The position numbers and the translations under genes were made by a program. From Nanobdellota archaeon (GTDB lineage Archaea; Nanobdellota; Nanobdellia; UBA10117; ARS21): DNA of 64,000 nt. The notes under the pieces are model-generated. The model saw only the letters and a list, made by a program, of their open reading frames with translations, was not told the origin of the DNA and searched no databases. The stretch is taken from NCBI GenBank assembly GCA_014239585.1, contig JAAZYP010000001.1:7752-71751 (forward strand). The letters are read 5' to 3'. Positions 29,364 through 38,441 of the stretch are shown in pieces (the first letter of the stretch is position 1; every line of letters begins with the position of its first letter).

Positions 29364-29699
29364 TCATTGAGATTTGATTATATTTAGGATTTTATCCATA
29401 CCTTCCTTTGAAACAGTTAATTTATTTCGAACAAAAACTGTTTTTAATTCAGATTCATTTTTTGGAATTAAATTAACAATTTCAACTACGCAATCATTAG
29501 TCAATCGAGGAATCCCCGCAGTTTCAATTTCTTTAATTAATTTTGCAGCCTCAGATTTATTAAGTTTATTGAATTTGGCAGTAAAATCTCTAATTTTTTG
29601 TTGACTTCCGCTAAGTTCACCACTTTTTTCTAATTTGACCAATATGTCATTAACTTCCGCAATAGGAAGTGCTTCCTTTTTAATTATTTTTACTTTCAT
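29364..29699 (-). CDS. rpoF: RNA polymerase subunit F (Rpo4)
   Basis: 111 aa helical protein in the conserved slot after rpl21e, with an ATGA-type overlap. Confidence 0.65.
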   Translation of the reverse strand: MKVKIIKKEALPIAEVNDILVKLEKSGELSGSQQKIRDFTAKFNKLNKSEAAKLIKEIETAGIPRLTNDCVVEIVNLIPKNESELKTVFVRNKLTVSKEGMDKILNIIKSQ

Positions 29700-30004
29700 T
29701 TTAGTTTAACCAGATGAATCGCTCGAGAAACTATTTTCTTGAGTTTATTTCCATCTTTAATTTGTAGAGTGTAAGCATTTGAACCTTCTTTTGTCAGAAT
29801 AGTTCCTACAAGATTCTTGAATCGTGGATGAGGCATACCCATTTGAACTGCAGGTTCTTGTAATATTCTTACTCTATCGCCAATGCTAAATTTTCGTAGC
29901 AATCGAGTAATAGTTACTTTACCTTTAGTACCAGCTTTTTTCTTAAGCTTATATCTAGTATTGCTTCTGAAACCACCTTTTCTTCCTGTACCGCTTCCAG
30001 CCAT
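29696..30004 (-). CDS. rpl21e: Ribosomal protein L21e
   Basis: 102 aa with GTGRKGGFRSNTRYKLKKK and an SH3-like core (GDRVRI). Confidence 0.9.
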   Translation of the reverse strand: MAGSGTGRKGGFRSNTRYKLKKKAGTKGKVTITRLLRKFSIGDRVRILQEPAVQMGMPHPRFKNLVGTILTKEGSNAYTLQIKDGNKLKKIVSRAIHLVKLK

Positions 30005-30021
30005 GACTAATCCTAGATTAT

Positions 30022-30477
30022 TTACTTTTTAAATGTTTCGAGGTACCGTTTCGCCTCATTTCCCGAAACAATAATTCCATTCTCATCCCACAATTTAATT
30101 TGCATAGAATTTGTGAGTTTAGTAATCGAATTTATTTTTTGCTCCAAATTCGAATAATCGTTACTAATATGATAACTAAGTAATACTGTTGCCAGATCCA
30201 CAAAATAATCAGGAAAACCTTTTATTTTATTTTTATTAAATGTATCTACCGCATAATTCAATTGAGTATTAAATTTTGAAATTAGTTGCTTATGTTCGCG
30301 TTCAAATATTCGATCAAAAGATTTGAATTGATGCACTTCTTGCTCGACATTATTTATAATTTTTTCATGTAATTCATTTTGATATAATCGTTGATAGATT
30401 TGTCGAGTTGCATCTAATGTTTGTTTAACATCAATGAAAACCATTCTAAAAAAATCCGGGAAGTCCTTTTCCGCCAC
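30022..30477 (-). CDS. Hypothetical protein
   Basis: 151-aa ORF. The upstream ATG overlaps the srp54 end by 32 nt. An internal ATG at 30444 would remove that overlap. Confidence 0.45.
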   Translation of the reverse strand: MAEKDFPDFFRMVFIDVKQTLDATRQIYQRLYQNELHEKIINNVEQEVHQFKSFDRIFEREHKQLISKFNTQLNYAVDTFNKNKIKGFPDYFVDLATVLLSYHISNDYSNLEQKINSITKLTNSMQIKLWDENGIIVSGNEAKRYLETFKK

Positions 30478-31795
30478 GCAGTTTTTGCATCCGTTTCATC
30501 TTACGAGATTGGCCAGAAATTGTCTTCATCATTTTCTTCATTTGTTTATATTGTTTTATTAAATCTCGCATTTCGTCCAGAGATCTTCCCGAACCAATCG
30601 TTATTCTTTCAATCCGAGATTCATTCATCAAAGACGGATCATCTTTTTCTTCATTTGTCATGGAATCCATCAAATATTTCCACACTTTCATTTTTTCTTC
30701 TTGTTCGTTTAATGCACTTTTTGGAATATTCATTTTACTCATTCCGGGAATCATATTTGCAACTTGACCAAGTGGTCCCATTTTTTTTACTGCTTCCATC
30801 TGTTGATATAAATCATTAAACGACATTTCGCCCCTCATAATATTTTTGGCAGTTTTTTCCACAGTTTCGGAATCGATAGCATCTTTTGCTTTTTCTAAAA
30901 GAGTTTCAAGATCACCCATTCCCAATAATCTGGAAACAAAATTTTTTGGTTTAAATTCTTCAAGTGCGTCAAGTTTTTCACCGATACCTATAAATTTAAC
31001 TCTTGCATTAGTTACGGCTGCTGCTGAAAGAGATCCACCACCTTTTGCAGTACCATCTAATTTAGTAATGATTACACTAGTTACTCCGATATTATCGTGA
31101 AAATTTTGAGCAACTTTTTCAGCAGCCTGACCAATGTCTCCTGAAAGAACTAATATTTTTTCTTGAGCATTTACCGATTTATCGATAGATTTGATTTCAT
31201 CAGTTAATTCTGAATTCAGTGCATCTCTTCCGGCAGTATCAATAATTACCAATTCATATGTTGATAAATCTTTTTCAAAAGTTTTGTAAATTTTTGATGG
31301 ATCAGTTTCTTTTGGATCACCATAGAAATCAATCTTTAATGCGTCAGCTAGCTGTTTTAATTGAGCATATGCTGCGGGTCGCCAAGTATCTGTTTGAATC
31401 AACGCAATTTTTTTACCACGTTTTTTATAGAATTTTGCCAATTTTCCAGCAGTAGTAGTTTTACCTGCTCCAAAAAGTCCGACCAACATTATTTTTGTAG
31501 GTTTCGTTTCAGTATTAATTTCTTCAAATTTATCACCCAATAATGAAGTAAGTTCTTCGTAAACAATATTTAATGTGTGTTCTTTCGCAGTTAATCCACC
31601 CGCAACTTTCTCCTTTAATGCACGCTTTTGTATTTTTTCAGAAATTTCACGAGATAATTTGATAGAAACGTCCGCTGAAATAAGTGCTTTCTTTATTTCT
31701 TCGCCTAATGCTTCGACAGCGTCTTTGTCTACTTTCCCGGAAGTTAATTTCTTCAGTGCGTTCTTCAATGAATCGGATAATCGATCAAGTACCAT
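30446..31795 (-). CDS. srp54: Signal recognition particle protein SRP54
   Basis: NG domain (GLFGAGKTTT, DTAGR, TKLDG) and a Met-rich M domain. Confidence 0.95.
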   Translation of the reverse strand: MVLDRLSDSLKNALKKLTSGKVDKDAVEALGEEIKKALISADVSIKLSREISEKIQKRALKEKVAGGLTAKEHTLNIVYEELTSLLGDKFEEINTETKPTKIMLVGLFGAGKTTTAGKLAKFYKKRGKKIALIQTDTWRPAAYAQLKQLADALKIDFYGDPKETDPSKIYKTFEKDLSTYELVIIDTAGRDALNSELTDEIKSIDKSVNAQEKILVLSGDIGQAAEKVAQNFHDNIGVTSVIITKLDGTAKGGGSLSAAAVTNARVKFIGIGEKLDALEEFKPKNFVSRLLGMGDLETLLEKAKDAIDSETVEKTAKNIMRGEMSFNDLYQQMEAVKKMGPLGQVANMIPGMSKMNIPKSALNEQEEKMKVWKYLMDSMTNEEKDDPSLMNESRIERITIGSGRSLDEMRDLIKQYKQMKKMMKTISGQSRKMKRMQKLRGGKGLPGFF

Positions 31796-31819
31796 ATATT
31801 TCTCGGATTTTAGTGGTTT

Positions 31820-32689
31820 TTAAATTATTTGATTTAGGATTTTATCGGTATCAAATTCTTCGAGATCATTGTATCCCTGACCACTTCCTAAAAATAAAAT
31901 CGGTTTTCCAGACTCATGAGCAACCGATATAATCGCACCACCGCGTTCATCAGCATCAATTTTTGTCAAAATAACACCATCAATTCCAATTTTTTCACCA
32001 AATAATTTTGCTTGATCCACTACATCATTTCCAGTTAACGAATCAACAACTAAAATAGTATAATGTGGTTTTACAACCCGTTTAACTTTCGCCAATTCTC
32101 GCATTAAATCTTCATTAGCATGATTTCTTCCAGCAGTATCAATTAAAACATAATCCAAGTTTTTAGATTTAGCATGTTCTACTGCATCAAATGCCACTGC
32201 TGCTGAATCTGAGCCATAATTGTGAGATATAACTTTAACATCTAAATTTTTACCGTGCTGTTCTAGTTGTTCAATTGCTGCAGCTCTAAAAGTATCTCCT
32301 GCAGCCATAACACATTTCTTTTCAGTTTTCTTAATCTTTTGAGCGAGTTTTGCCAAAGTAGTAGTTTTACCCGCACCGTTTACTCCAATCAACATGATTA
32401 TTGTCGGATTTTTTGTATCCAAAATATTCAATTTTTCAGAAGATAATATTTCTTTTAATTTATTTTTTAAATCAAGCTTCAAATTTTTAGCATTTGAATT
32501 TTTTACAGCATCAAGAATCTCGTTAACTACACCATACGCAATATTATTTGAAAGTAATTCATCTTCCAAATCATTTGAAAGTTTTTTCAATTTAGAACTT
32601 TCAATCTGTTTGATAACATTAACTTTACTTGCTTCCTTTTTTACCTTACTCGAAATTTTTGAGAAGGTCTTTTTCAGTTTACTAAACAT
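31820..32689 (-). CDS. ftsY: SRP receptor FtsY
   Basis: Motifs GVNGAGKTTT, DTAGR and TKIDA. Confidence 0.9.
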   Translation of the reverse strand: MFSKLKKTFSKISSKVKKEASKVNVIKQIESSKLKKLSNDLEDELLSNNIAYGVVNEILDAVKNSNAKNLKLDLKNKLKEILSSEKLNILDTKNPTIIMLIGVNGAGKTTTLAKLAQKIKKTEKKCVMAAGDTFRAAAIEQLEQHGKNLDVKVISHNYGSDSAAVAFDAVEHAKSKNLDYVLIDTAGRNHANEDLMRELAKVKRVVKPHYTILVVDSLTGNDVVDQAKLFGEKIGIDGVILTKIDADERGGAIISVAHESGKPILFLGSGQGYNDLEEFDTDKILNQII

Positions 32690-33056
32690 TTTGTTTTTTA
32701 GCTTGTTCAGCTTTTAATTTCTTTTGAAATTCAATTATTTTTGAATTTAGATCATTAATTTCAGAAAGTTTGAGCTGTTCGGACTTTTCAATTTCACCAA
32801 TTCTTCGTTTTAATAAATCCAAAACTTCATTTTTTGTTTTTTCAACAATATTTCCAGCACCAACATTTAATAGAAATTTATCAGATACAACCCTCGATTT
32901 GAAATAAATTCCTCCACCTAGCGGCGAATTTAAAGTTTCATTAAGTTTGACTGCAGACATCGTTTCGATTAATGCAAATATCTCGGATTTTTGTCGCCCG
33001 AAAAATTCAAATTCTTCTTGTGCTTGACTAATTTTTTGTTGTATTAAATGATCCAT
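32682..33056 (-). CDS. pfdA: Prefoldin alpha subunit
   Basis: 124 aa with a coiled-coil / beta-hairpin / coiled-coil layout (..PLGGGIYFKSRV...LLNVGAGNIVEK). Conserved position between eif6 and ftsY. Confidence 0.7.
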   Translation of the reverse strand: MDHLIQQKISQAQEEFEFFGRQKSEIFALIETMSAVKLNETLNSPLGGGIYFKSRVVSDKFLLNVGAGNIVEKTKNEVLDLLKRRIGEIEKSEQLKLSEINDLNSKIIEFQKKLKAEQAKKQNV

Positions 33057-33057
33057 T

Positions 33058-33735
33058 TTAAATAAATCCTAAACTTTCGTCAATTCTACCCATTTCAAAT
33101 CCAGTTGAATTTGATGAAACTAAGAATCCGTTTGAGTTTGCAATAATTCCTGAACCCATAATGGAACTACCTGTTGAAACAGTTCCAACACCGAGTTCAA
33201 AACCGATTAATTTTTCAGAAGTTTTAATTTCAGAATTTTGAACAATTGAACCAAAAATCCCACCTTTATTTGTAAGAATTCCGTATGATCCGGGAACATC
33301 TCCCTCTGCAAGTTTCATATTTTTTGTCTTAACTGAGAGCGCCTGTTGAATATCTTTTGACTCCTTTTCACTAAATTCCTGACTCAAAATTGCAATTTTA
33401 TCATTACAAAGAATATTATTACCTAGTGCAGTCTTTAAAGTTTTAATTTTTTTAATTTCAGCAATACCTTTTAATTGTTTTTTAAGATTTTCAAATTCAT
33501 CATCAAAGATTATATCGGGAACTAAAACCGTATTTGAATTTGCCACACAAAATATACCCATGAATGGAGTTCCATAAATTTTTGAAGTAATTATTGGAAC
33601 ATTTAACACTTCCTCTAAAATTTTTAATTTAGTTTTACTAAGTTCTTCACCTAGAATTGCATACTTATCTGTTGCGACACAATATAATCCAATATTTGGG
33701 TCACCCTTAAAATTAACTTTGTCTACGTGGACCAT
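33058..33735 (-). CDS. eif6: Translation initiation factor 6 (aIF6)
   Basis: 225 aa with pentein repeats, starting F.G.PNIGLY. Confidence 0.9.
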   Translation of the reverse strand: MVHVDKVNFKGDPNIGLYCVATDKYAILGEELSKTKLKILEEVLNVPIITSKIYGTPFMGIFCVANSNTVLVPDIIFDDEFENLKKQLKGIAEIKKIKTLKTALGNNILCNDKIAILSQEFSEKESKDIQQALSVKTKNMKLAEGDVPGSYGILTNKGGIFGSIVQNSEIKTSEKLIGFELGVGTVSTGSSIMGSGIIANSNGFLVSSNSTGFEMGRIDESLGFI

Positions 33736-34172
33736 TACTTTGTTTTCTTAGTTGCCTTTTTAATTATTTTGGGTTTTTCGGCAGGAGATTTTGAAGTCTT
33801 TTTTACAGGTTTAGATTTCTGTTTTTTAACTTTTTCAGTTACTTTTGGTTTAGTTACGGGTTTGGTTTCAGATTTAACTTCTTCTGGAATTTCCTTTGTT
33901 TTAGCTTTTCGTGGTAATTCAGATAATTCAACCATAACAATATCTTCTATTCGTTTAATATCAACTCTTACTCGAGAAGGTGGATTTTTTGCACCACGTT
34001 TCCAGATTGATTCATTTACCCATTTACCAATTTTAATATCTTCAACTTTGGAATGTCTTTCAACAAAAGATCTTAATGTTGAGACTGCTTTCTCTGCACG
34101 TCTCCATTTTGGAGTTTTCAAATATTCCTTTCGTAAAGGAACCGTATATGTTCGCGTTTCTCCGTTTTTCAT
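33735..34172 (-). CDS. rpl31e: Ribosomal protein L31e with a Lys-rich C-terminal extension
   Basis: RTYTVPLRKEYLKTPKWRRAEKAV... is the L31e signature. Confidence 0.85.
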   Translation of the reverse strand: MKNGETRTYTVPLRKEYLKTPKWRRAEKAVSTLRSFVERHSKVEDIKIGKWVNESIWKRGAKNPPSRVRVDIKRIEDIVMVELSELPRKAKTKEIPEEVKSETKPVTKPKVTEKVKKQKSKPVKKTSKSPAEKPKIIKKATKKTK

Positions 34173-34174
34173 TT

Positions 34175-34351
34175 TTATCCTCGTTGAATGCTAGATTTTC
34201 GCCATCTTCGTTTTTTTCTAGTTAAAGCTGACGGGTGAACTCTTCTACCTACACCAAAAACTTTCGGAATTATCCAAAATGGTGCCCATCTAGTTTGTCG
34301 TCCTGCACTAATCAATCTGTTTTTTCTACCTGAAGGTTTTCGAGAACTCAT
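34175..34351 (-). CDS. rpl39e: Ribosomal protein L39e
   Basis: Not in the ORF track (58 aa). Own translation: MSSRKPSGRKNRLISAGRQTRWAPFWIIPKVFGVGRRVHPSALTRKKRRWRKSSIQRG. ATGA-coupled to the rps19e stop, in the conserved L39e-L31e order. Confidence 0.8.
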   Translation of the reverse strand: MSSRKPSGRKNRLISAGRQTRWAPFWIIPKVFGVGRRVHPSALTRKKRRWRKSSIQRG

Positions 34352-34806
34352 TTCTTGTCCTCCTTCTTAGTTAAAACTTTTTTAGGTTTTGATTTAGTGA
34401 GACTAACTTTGTCTAAAAGCGATTGACCTTTAGGTGCAATTATTCTGCCTTTATGCTGAGTAGTAGATTGTTTAATTAAATCTGCAGATTCCAATTGTTG
34501 AACTATTTTTCGAATAATATTCCCTGAAGCCTTTGCAAATCGTTCAGGTCTTCGTCCTCGATTCTTTCGTCCACCATATCGTGTTCTCATTTTAGAGACA
34601 CCAACTGGACCGTGAGTATAAATATTTTTTAGAATTGAAGCAGCTCTAACAAACCACCAATCCGGATTTTCTGGAGGCCTTTCATTATGATTACCAGTTT
34701 TAACAAAATCTGCCCAGCTAGGAGGAGTAATCTTTTCGATTTTCTTCAATTCACCCGCTAGTACTTGATTGGCCCTTTCTGGACTAATGTCATTAATGGA
34801 CGCCAT
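34348..34806 (-). CDS. rps19e: Ribosomal protein S19e
   Basis: 152 aa with WFVRAASILKNIY and YGGRKNRG motifs. Confidence 0.9.
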   Translation of the reverse strand: MASINDISPERANQVLAGELKKIEKITPPSWADFVKTGNHNERPPENPDWWFVRAASILKNIYTHGPVGVSKMRTRYGGRKNRGRRPERFAKASGNIIRKIVQQLESADLIKQSTTQHKGRIIAPKGQSLLDKVSLTKSKPKKVLTKKEDKK

Positions 34807-34842
34807 AATTAATGAGTGACTGGCGTACTTTTAAAAAGATTA

Positions 34843-35175
34843 CTAATTCGACATAAGCACCAAACCAATGGCTCCAAATAACAAAAATATACCAATTTGT
34901 TTAAACATTGAACTTATTGCTTGTCTTTTATTGAATTCTAAATTTAGTGAAGAATAAACAATTAAAATCCCATAAATCGTAATAATTGAAGTAGTTGAGG
35001 GAGAGGGACCGATTGCAAGTCCGCCAAGTGCAGAAATTAAATATTTAAGTCTTCCAAATGGATTTTTATGTTTAGATTGAAACCATTTATATTCACTTTT
35101 TGCTAAATTTTTTAATAAAAATCCTGCAAAATAAGCAGAAGACATAAATGTAATAATTAATATTGTTCTAAGCAT
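34843..35175 (-). CDS. Hypothetical membrane protein
   Basis: 110 aa with 3-4 hydrophobic segments. Confidence 0.45.
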   Translation of the reverse strand: MLRTILIITFMSSAYFAGFLLKNLAKSEYKWFQSKHKNPFGRLKYLISALGGLAIGPSPSTTSIITIYGILIVYSSLNLEFNKRQAISSMFKQIGIFLLFGAIGLVLMSN

Positions 35176-35208
35176 AGATTTATAATTAGATTATAATATT
35201 TAATTTTA

Positions 35209-35718
35209 ATGGAAATAATAGATTCAGTTTATAAACCAAGAGAAGATTCATTTCTTCTAAAAAAGGAATTAATAAAATATATTCAGAAAAATAATCCCAA
35301 ATCAGTATTAGATATGGGAACCGGTTCAGGAATTCAGGCAATTACAACAAAAGAAGCGGATATCGACAAAGTTGTTGCATCAGACATAAATCCAGAAGCA
35401 ATAAAATGTGCAAAAATTAATTCTAAAAATTTGGATATAAGCTTTATCCAGTCAGATTTATTCTCAAATATATATGAAAAATTTGATTTAATTGTGTTTA
35501 ATACACCGTATCTTCCACCCGAACCACCTTTGGATCCTCAATGGAGCGGAGGTAAAGTGTTTATTAAAAAATTCTTAAGTGAAGCCAAAAAATATCTAAA
35601 TCCAAAGGGTAAAATCTTATTTGTACATTCATCAGAATCACCAATTTCAGTAAAACATAAAATTTTAGCTCAAGAAAAAATGTCGAATGGTGAAGTATTA
35701 TACATTTCATTAAGATAA
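35209..35718 (+). CDS. HemK/Mtq2-like N5-glutamine methyltransferase family protein
   Basis: Motif I LDMGTGSGIQAI and an NPPY-type motif, here NTPYLP. Confidence 0.75.
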   Translation: MEIIDSVYKPREDSFLLKKELIKYIQKNNPKSVLDMGTGSGIQAITTKEADIDKVVASDINPEAIKCAKINSKNLDISFIQSDLFSNIYEKFDLIVFNTPYLPPEPPLDPQWSGGKVFIKKFLSEAKKYLNPKGKILFVHSSESPISVKHKILAQEKMSNGEVLYISLR

Positions 35719-35746
35719 TTTTATATTGAATCAATACTTTTTTGTT

Positions 35747-36048
35747 GTAGAAAGGCGGGGCTAACCTCGTGAATTGTCTGAGTTAAATTTCAATCTTCGC
35801 GAATGAAATAAATGGGCAATAAGGAAACAAGAGCAACTGTTAAGTGCTTAAAGCAGCGTTTAAAGATAATAGGCCGCGATATGCGAACTTTATTCGATCT
35901 GTTTGACCCTTCTTAGCATCTCTTGAATTCAGTCGAGGCTTACGACCTCATATGCTTGAGCAACTGGTCATCACGTATGGCGCAGTGGGGCAGCAATGAT
36001 GCGTTGGACCTTGACCGCGTGGGCCTATACGCCTTTCAAACTCTTTTT
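35747..36048 (+). ncRNA. Structured ncRNA candidate of about 300 nt; possibly an atypical RNase P RNA
   Basis: GC-rich island. A TATA-like TTTTATATT (35719-35727) lies about 25 nt upstream. The terminal helix GAAAGGCG (35750-57) / CGCCTTTC (36030-37) is followed by oligo-T (36041-48). CR-I-, CR-IV- and CR-V-like motifs sit at 35802-17, 35863-75 and 35883-99. See finding. Confidence 0.5.
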
Positions 36049-36075
36049 AAATTTATTCGGACATACATATGTCCG

Positions 36076-36321
36076 ATGTTAAGCGCATATATCTTAATTG
36101 AAGCAGATGCTGGAAAAGAACGAGAAATCCTTGAAGCTTTGAATGAAAATGAAAGTGTAGTGGACGTAAGTATTGTTTATGGACAATACGATATAATTGC
36201 AAAAATAGTACTTAATGAAGGTGACGAATTACCTAAATTTATGATGGATTTAATTAGACCAATTGAAGGTATTAGAGGAACATCTACTTTACTTTCGGCT
36301 TACGACCCGTCCCGACCTTAA
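36076..36321 (+). CDS. Stand-alone Lrp/AsnC ligand-binding (RAM) domain protein, 81 aa
   Basis: MLSAYILIEADAGKEREILEALNENESVVDVSIVYGQYDIIAKI... is a typical RAM-domain pattern. The track ORF (from TTG 35923) is trimmed to the in-frame ATG. Confidence 0.7.
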   Translation: MLSAYILIEADAGKEREILEALNENESVVDVSIVYGQYDIIAKIVLNEGDELPKFMMDLIRPIEGIRGTSTLLSAYDPSRP

Positions 36322-36853
36322 TTATTAAATTTTTAACTAAGTAGGAATTCGGTATCAACATTGTATTTCGACTATTCATCTCTAGTTGAGTATTTAGTAA
36401 ATTAATTTTCTTAATAACGCCATTAAAATCTTTAAACTTGATTTCATCGCCCTTCTCCAACTTTTTAGTTGAGATAATATACAATCCAGCAACTATGTTT
36501 GGAACAAAATCTCTTAATGCTAAGGAAAACGATATCAAAATAATTCCTGCAAATACAAATAACAAAAAGTTCATTACGCTAATTGCAATTCCAATTTGAA
36601 TTAATGCCGCAATCACTGCAATCAAAATAATTGTGTATTTTACAAATTTATATGCGATTGCCTCGGGATCAAATTCAATACCAAGTGTTTTCTTCAAATT
36701 ACCATTCAAATTAATTCGCTTTACAATCCTTTTTGTGAAATTACCAAATAGATTTCCTAAAAAAATACCTGAAATAAATATAATTCCTGCTAGACCGAAA
36801 GTCAGACTTGCGTATTTTAATGCAGAATAGGCTGCAGGTGACATACTAAACAT
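36284..36853 (-). CDS. Small-conductance mechanosensitive channel family protein (short MscS-like)
   Basis: Three TM segments followed by the beta domain GDEIKFKDFNGVIKKINLLNTQL. Confidence 0.7.
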   Translation of the reverse strand: MFSMSPAAYSALKYASLTFGLAGIIFISGIFLGNLFGNFTKRIVKRINLNGNLKKTLGIEFDPEAIAYKFVKYTIILIAVIAALIQIGIAISVMNFLLFVFAGIILISFSLALRDFVPNIVAGLYIISTKKLEKGDEIKFKDFNGVIKKINLLNTQLEMNSRNTMLIPNSYLVKNLIIKVGTGRKPKVK

Positions 36854-36899
36854 TGCGGTTAATCAGTTATTTTTATTAATTTAAACCTTTCCCTTTAAT

Positions 36900-37784
36900 A
36901 TGGCAACCAATGTCGGTCACGAATATGTTAATGCAGAAAAAGAATACCATGATGCAAAAAATTCTCCTGAAAAACTTAAAGCATTGAAGACAATGCTTAC
37001 AGCGATCCCGAAACATAAGGGAACTGAGAAAATGCAGGCTCAAATAAAGAAACAAATATCCAAAATGACAGACCAGATTTCTTTTGAAAAGAAACAAGGA
37101 AAAGGATCTTCTCGAAGTTCTATTAAGAAAGAAGGCGCAGGTCAATGTGCAATCTTTGGAAGAACTAATTCCGGAAAATCAACACTTCTAAAACTTCTTT
37201 CTGGAAAAGATGTTAAAATTTCAGAATATGAATATACGACTCGAGTACCAATTCAAAAAATGATTTCATTTGAAAATATAAAAATCCAAGGAATTGAAAT
37301 TCCCGGAATGTATGACGGATTTTATGAAAGTAAAAACGGTCGCCAAATCATGAGTTTAGCAAGAATAGCCGAAGTTGCAATAATACTTTCAGAAAATAAA
37401 GCAGATTTTGATATGATTAAATCAGAATTGGAAAAATCAGGAATTTTCTTGACTCGAAAAAGATCAAATAATATTTTTACAAAAAATCTGCCATATATTC
37501 GAACATCTAAGGCCAAATTTGACAAAAACATGATACCAAAAATATGGAAATTACTAAACAAAATTCGAGTTCAGACCAAAACTTCTAAAAAAATTGCGAA
37601 GAAACCAATTGTTTTGGAATCGGGTTCACGTGTTGAAGATGTAGCACGGACAATTCACCAAGATTTTGTTAAAAACTTTAGATATGCGAGATTATGGGGT
37701 CCGTCCGCAAAATTCGCCGGACAACAAGTTGGCCTTGAACACGTCTGCAAAGACGGCGACATAATTGAAATATTTACAAAATAA
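36900..37784 (+). CDS. DRG-family GTPase with a C-terminal TGS domain
   Basis: N-terminal helical KHKGTEK..QAQIKKQI, G1 GRTNSGKST, NKAD-like ENKAD, and the TGS end GDIIEI. Confidence 0.8.
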   Translation: MATNVGHEYVNAEKEYHDAKNSPEKLKALKTMLTAIPKHKGTEKMQAQIKKQISKMTDQISFEKKQGKGSSRSSIKKEGAGQCAIFGRTNSGKSTLLKLLSGKDVKISEYEYTTRVPIQKMISFENIKIQGIEIPGMYDGFYESKNGRQIMSLARIAEVAIILSENKADFDMIKSELEKSGIFLTRKRSNNIFTKNLPYIRTSKAKFDKNMIPKIWKLLNKIRVQTKTSKKIAKKPIVLESGSRVEDVARTIHQDFVKNFRYARLWGPSAKFAGQQVGLEHVCKDGDIIEIFTK

Positions 37785-37811
37785 TTTAACTAATCAACGT
37801 TTCAGAGTTTT

Positions 37812-38192
37812 ATGAAAGCTAAAGGTTCTAATGCTGAACGGCAACTTGTTGAGATGTTTTGGGAGAAAGGTTATGCTGCTATTCGAGTTGCGGGTTCTGG
37901 GTCTTCTCGATTTCCCTGTCCAGATGTTTTGGCATCAAATGGACAAAAAACTTTTGCGGTAGAGGCGAAAGCCACCAAAACAAATTATCAATATTTTAGA
38001 AAGGATCAAATTGAACAATTGATTAATTTTTCTCAAACGTTTAATTCCGAACCGATTTTGGCAGTCAAATTTTCGACTAAATGGTATTTTTTCTATTTAA
38101 CTAATCTATCTATCACTAAAAACGGCGAATATGCTATTAAGAAAAAAGATGCTGAGGAAATAAGTATATCTTTTGAAGAATTAATCTCTTGA
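37812..38192 (+). CDS. hjc: Holliday junction resolvase Hjc
   Basis: KGSNAERQLV...GYAAIRVAGSG...PDVLA....FAVEAKATK catalytic pattern. Confidence 0.85.
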   Translation: MKAKGSNAERQLVEMFWEKGYAAIRVAGSGSSRFPCPDVLASNGQKTFAVEAKATKTNYQYFRKDQIEQLINFSQTFNSEPILAVKFSTKWYFFYLTNLSITKNGEYAIKKKDAEEISISFEELIS

Positions 38193-38441
38193 ACCAGTTA
38201 AAAATTCAGATAGTTCTTGAAGTATTTGTTCCTTACCAACGAAAATTACTGCAAATAGAATAAGGACTGAAAATAGTACTGGAGCAGCAATCAAATAGGT
38301 CAAAAGTGAATATTTTGTACCTTCGACTGTTGTCCAAAAAATTGAAGTCATATAAGAAAAAGAAATTGCGACAAAGGAAGTAAATGCTAATAGTGCAAAG
38401 TAGAATTGATTCTTATAATTATTGAACGTTTCTTTTCTCAT
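38181..38441 (-). CDS. Hypothetical small membrane protein
   Basis: 86 aa with 2-3 TM segments. ATGA-coupled to the upstream permease gene. Confidence 0.4.
   Translation of the reverse strand: MRKETFNNYKNQFYFALLAFTSFVAISFSYMTSIFWTTVEGTKYSLLTYLIAAPVLFSVLILFAVIFVGKEQILQELSEFLTGSRD

Noticed and set aside
35923-36075. N-terminal 51 codons of the track ORF 35923-36321, starting at TTG.
   Set aside because: This part covers the GC-rich structured-RNA region and translates to a non-protein-like sequence. Only the part from ATG 36076 resembles a RAM-domain protein.
35937-36307. Exact 11-nt repeat GGCTTACGACC at 35937-35947 and about 36297-36307.
   Set aside because: 11-mers are expected to recur by chance many times in 64 kb. 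The second copy lies inside a coding region, and no extended similarity flanks either copy.
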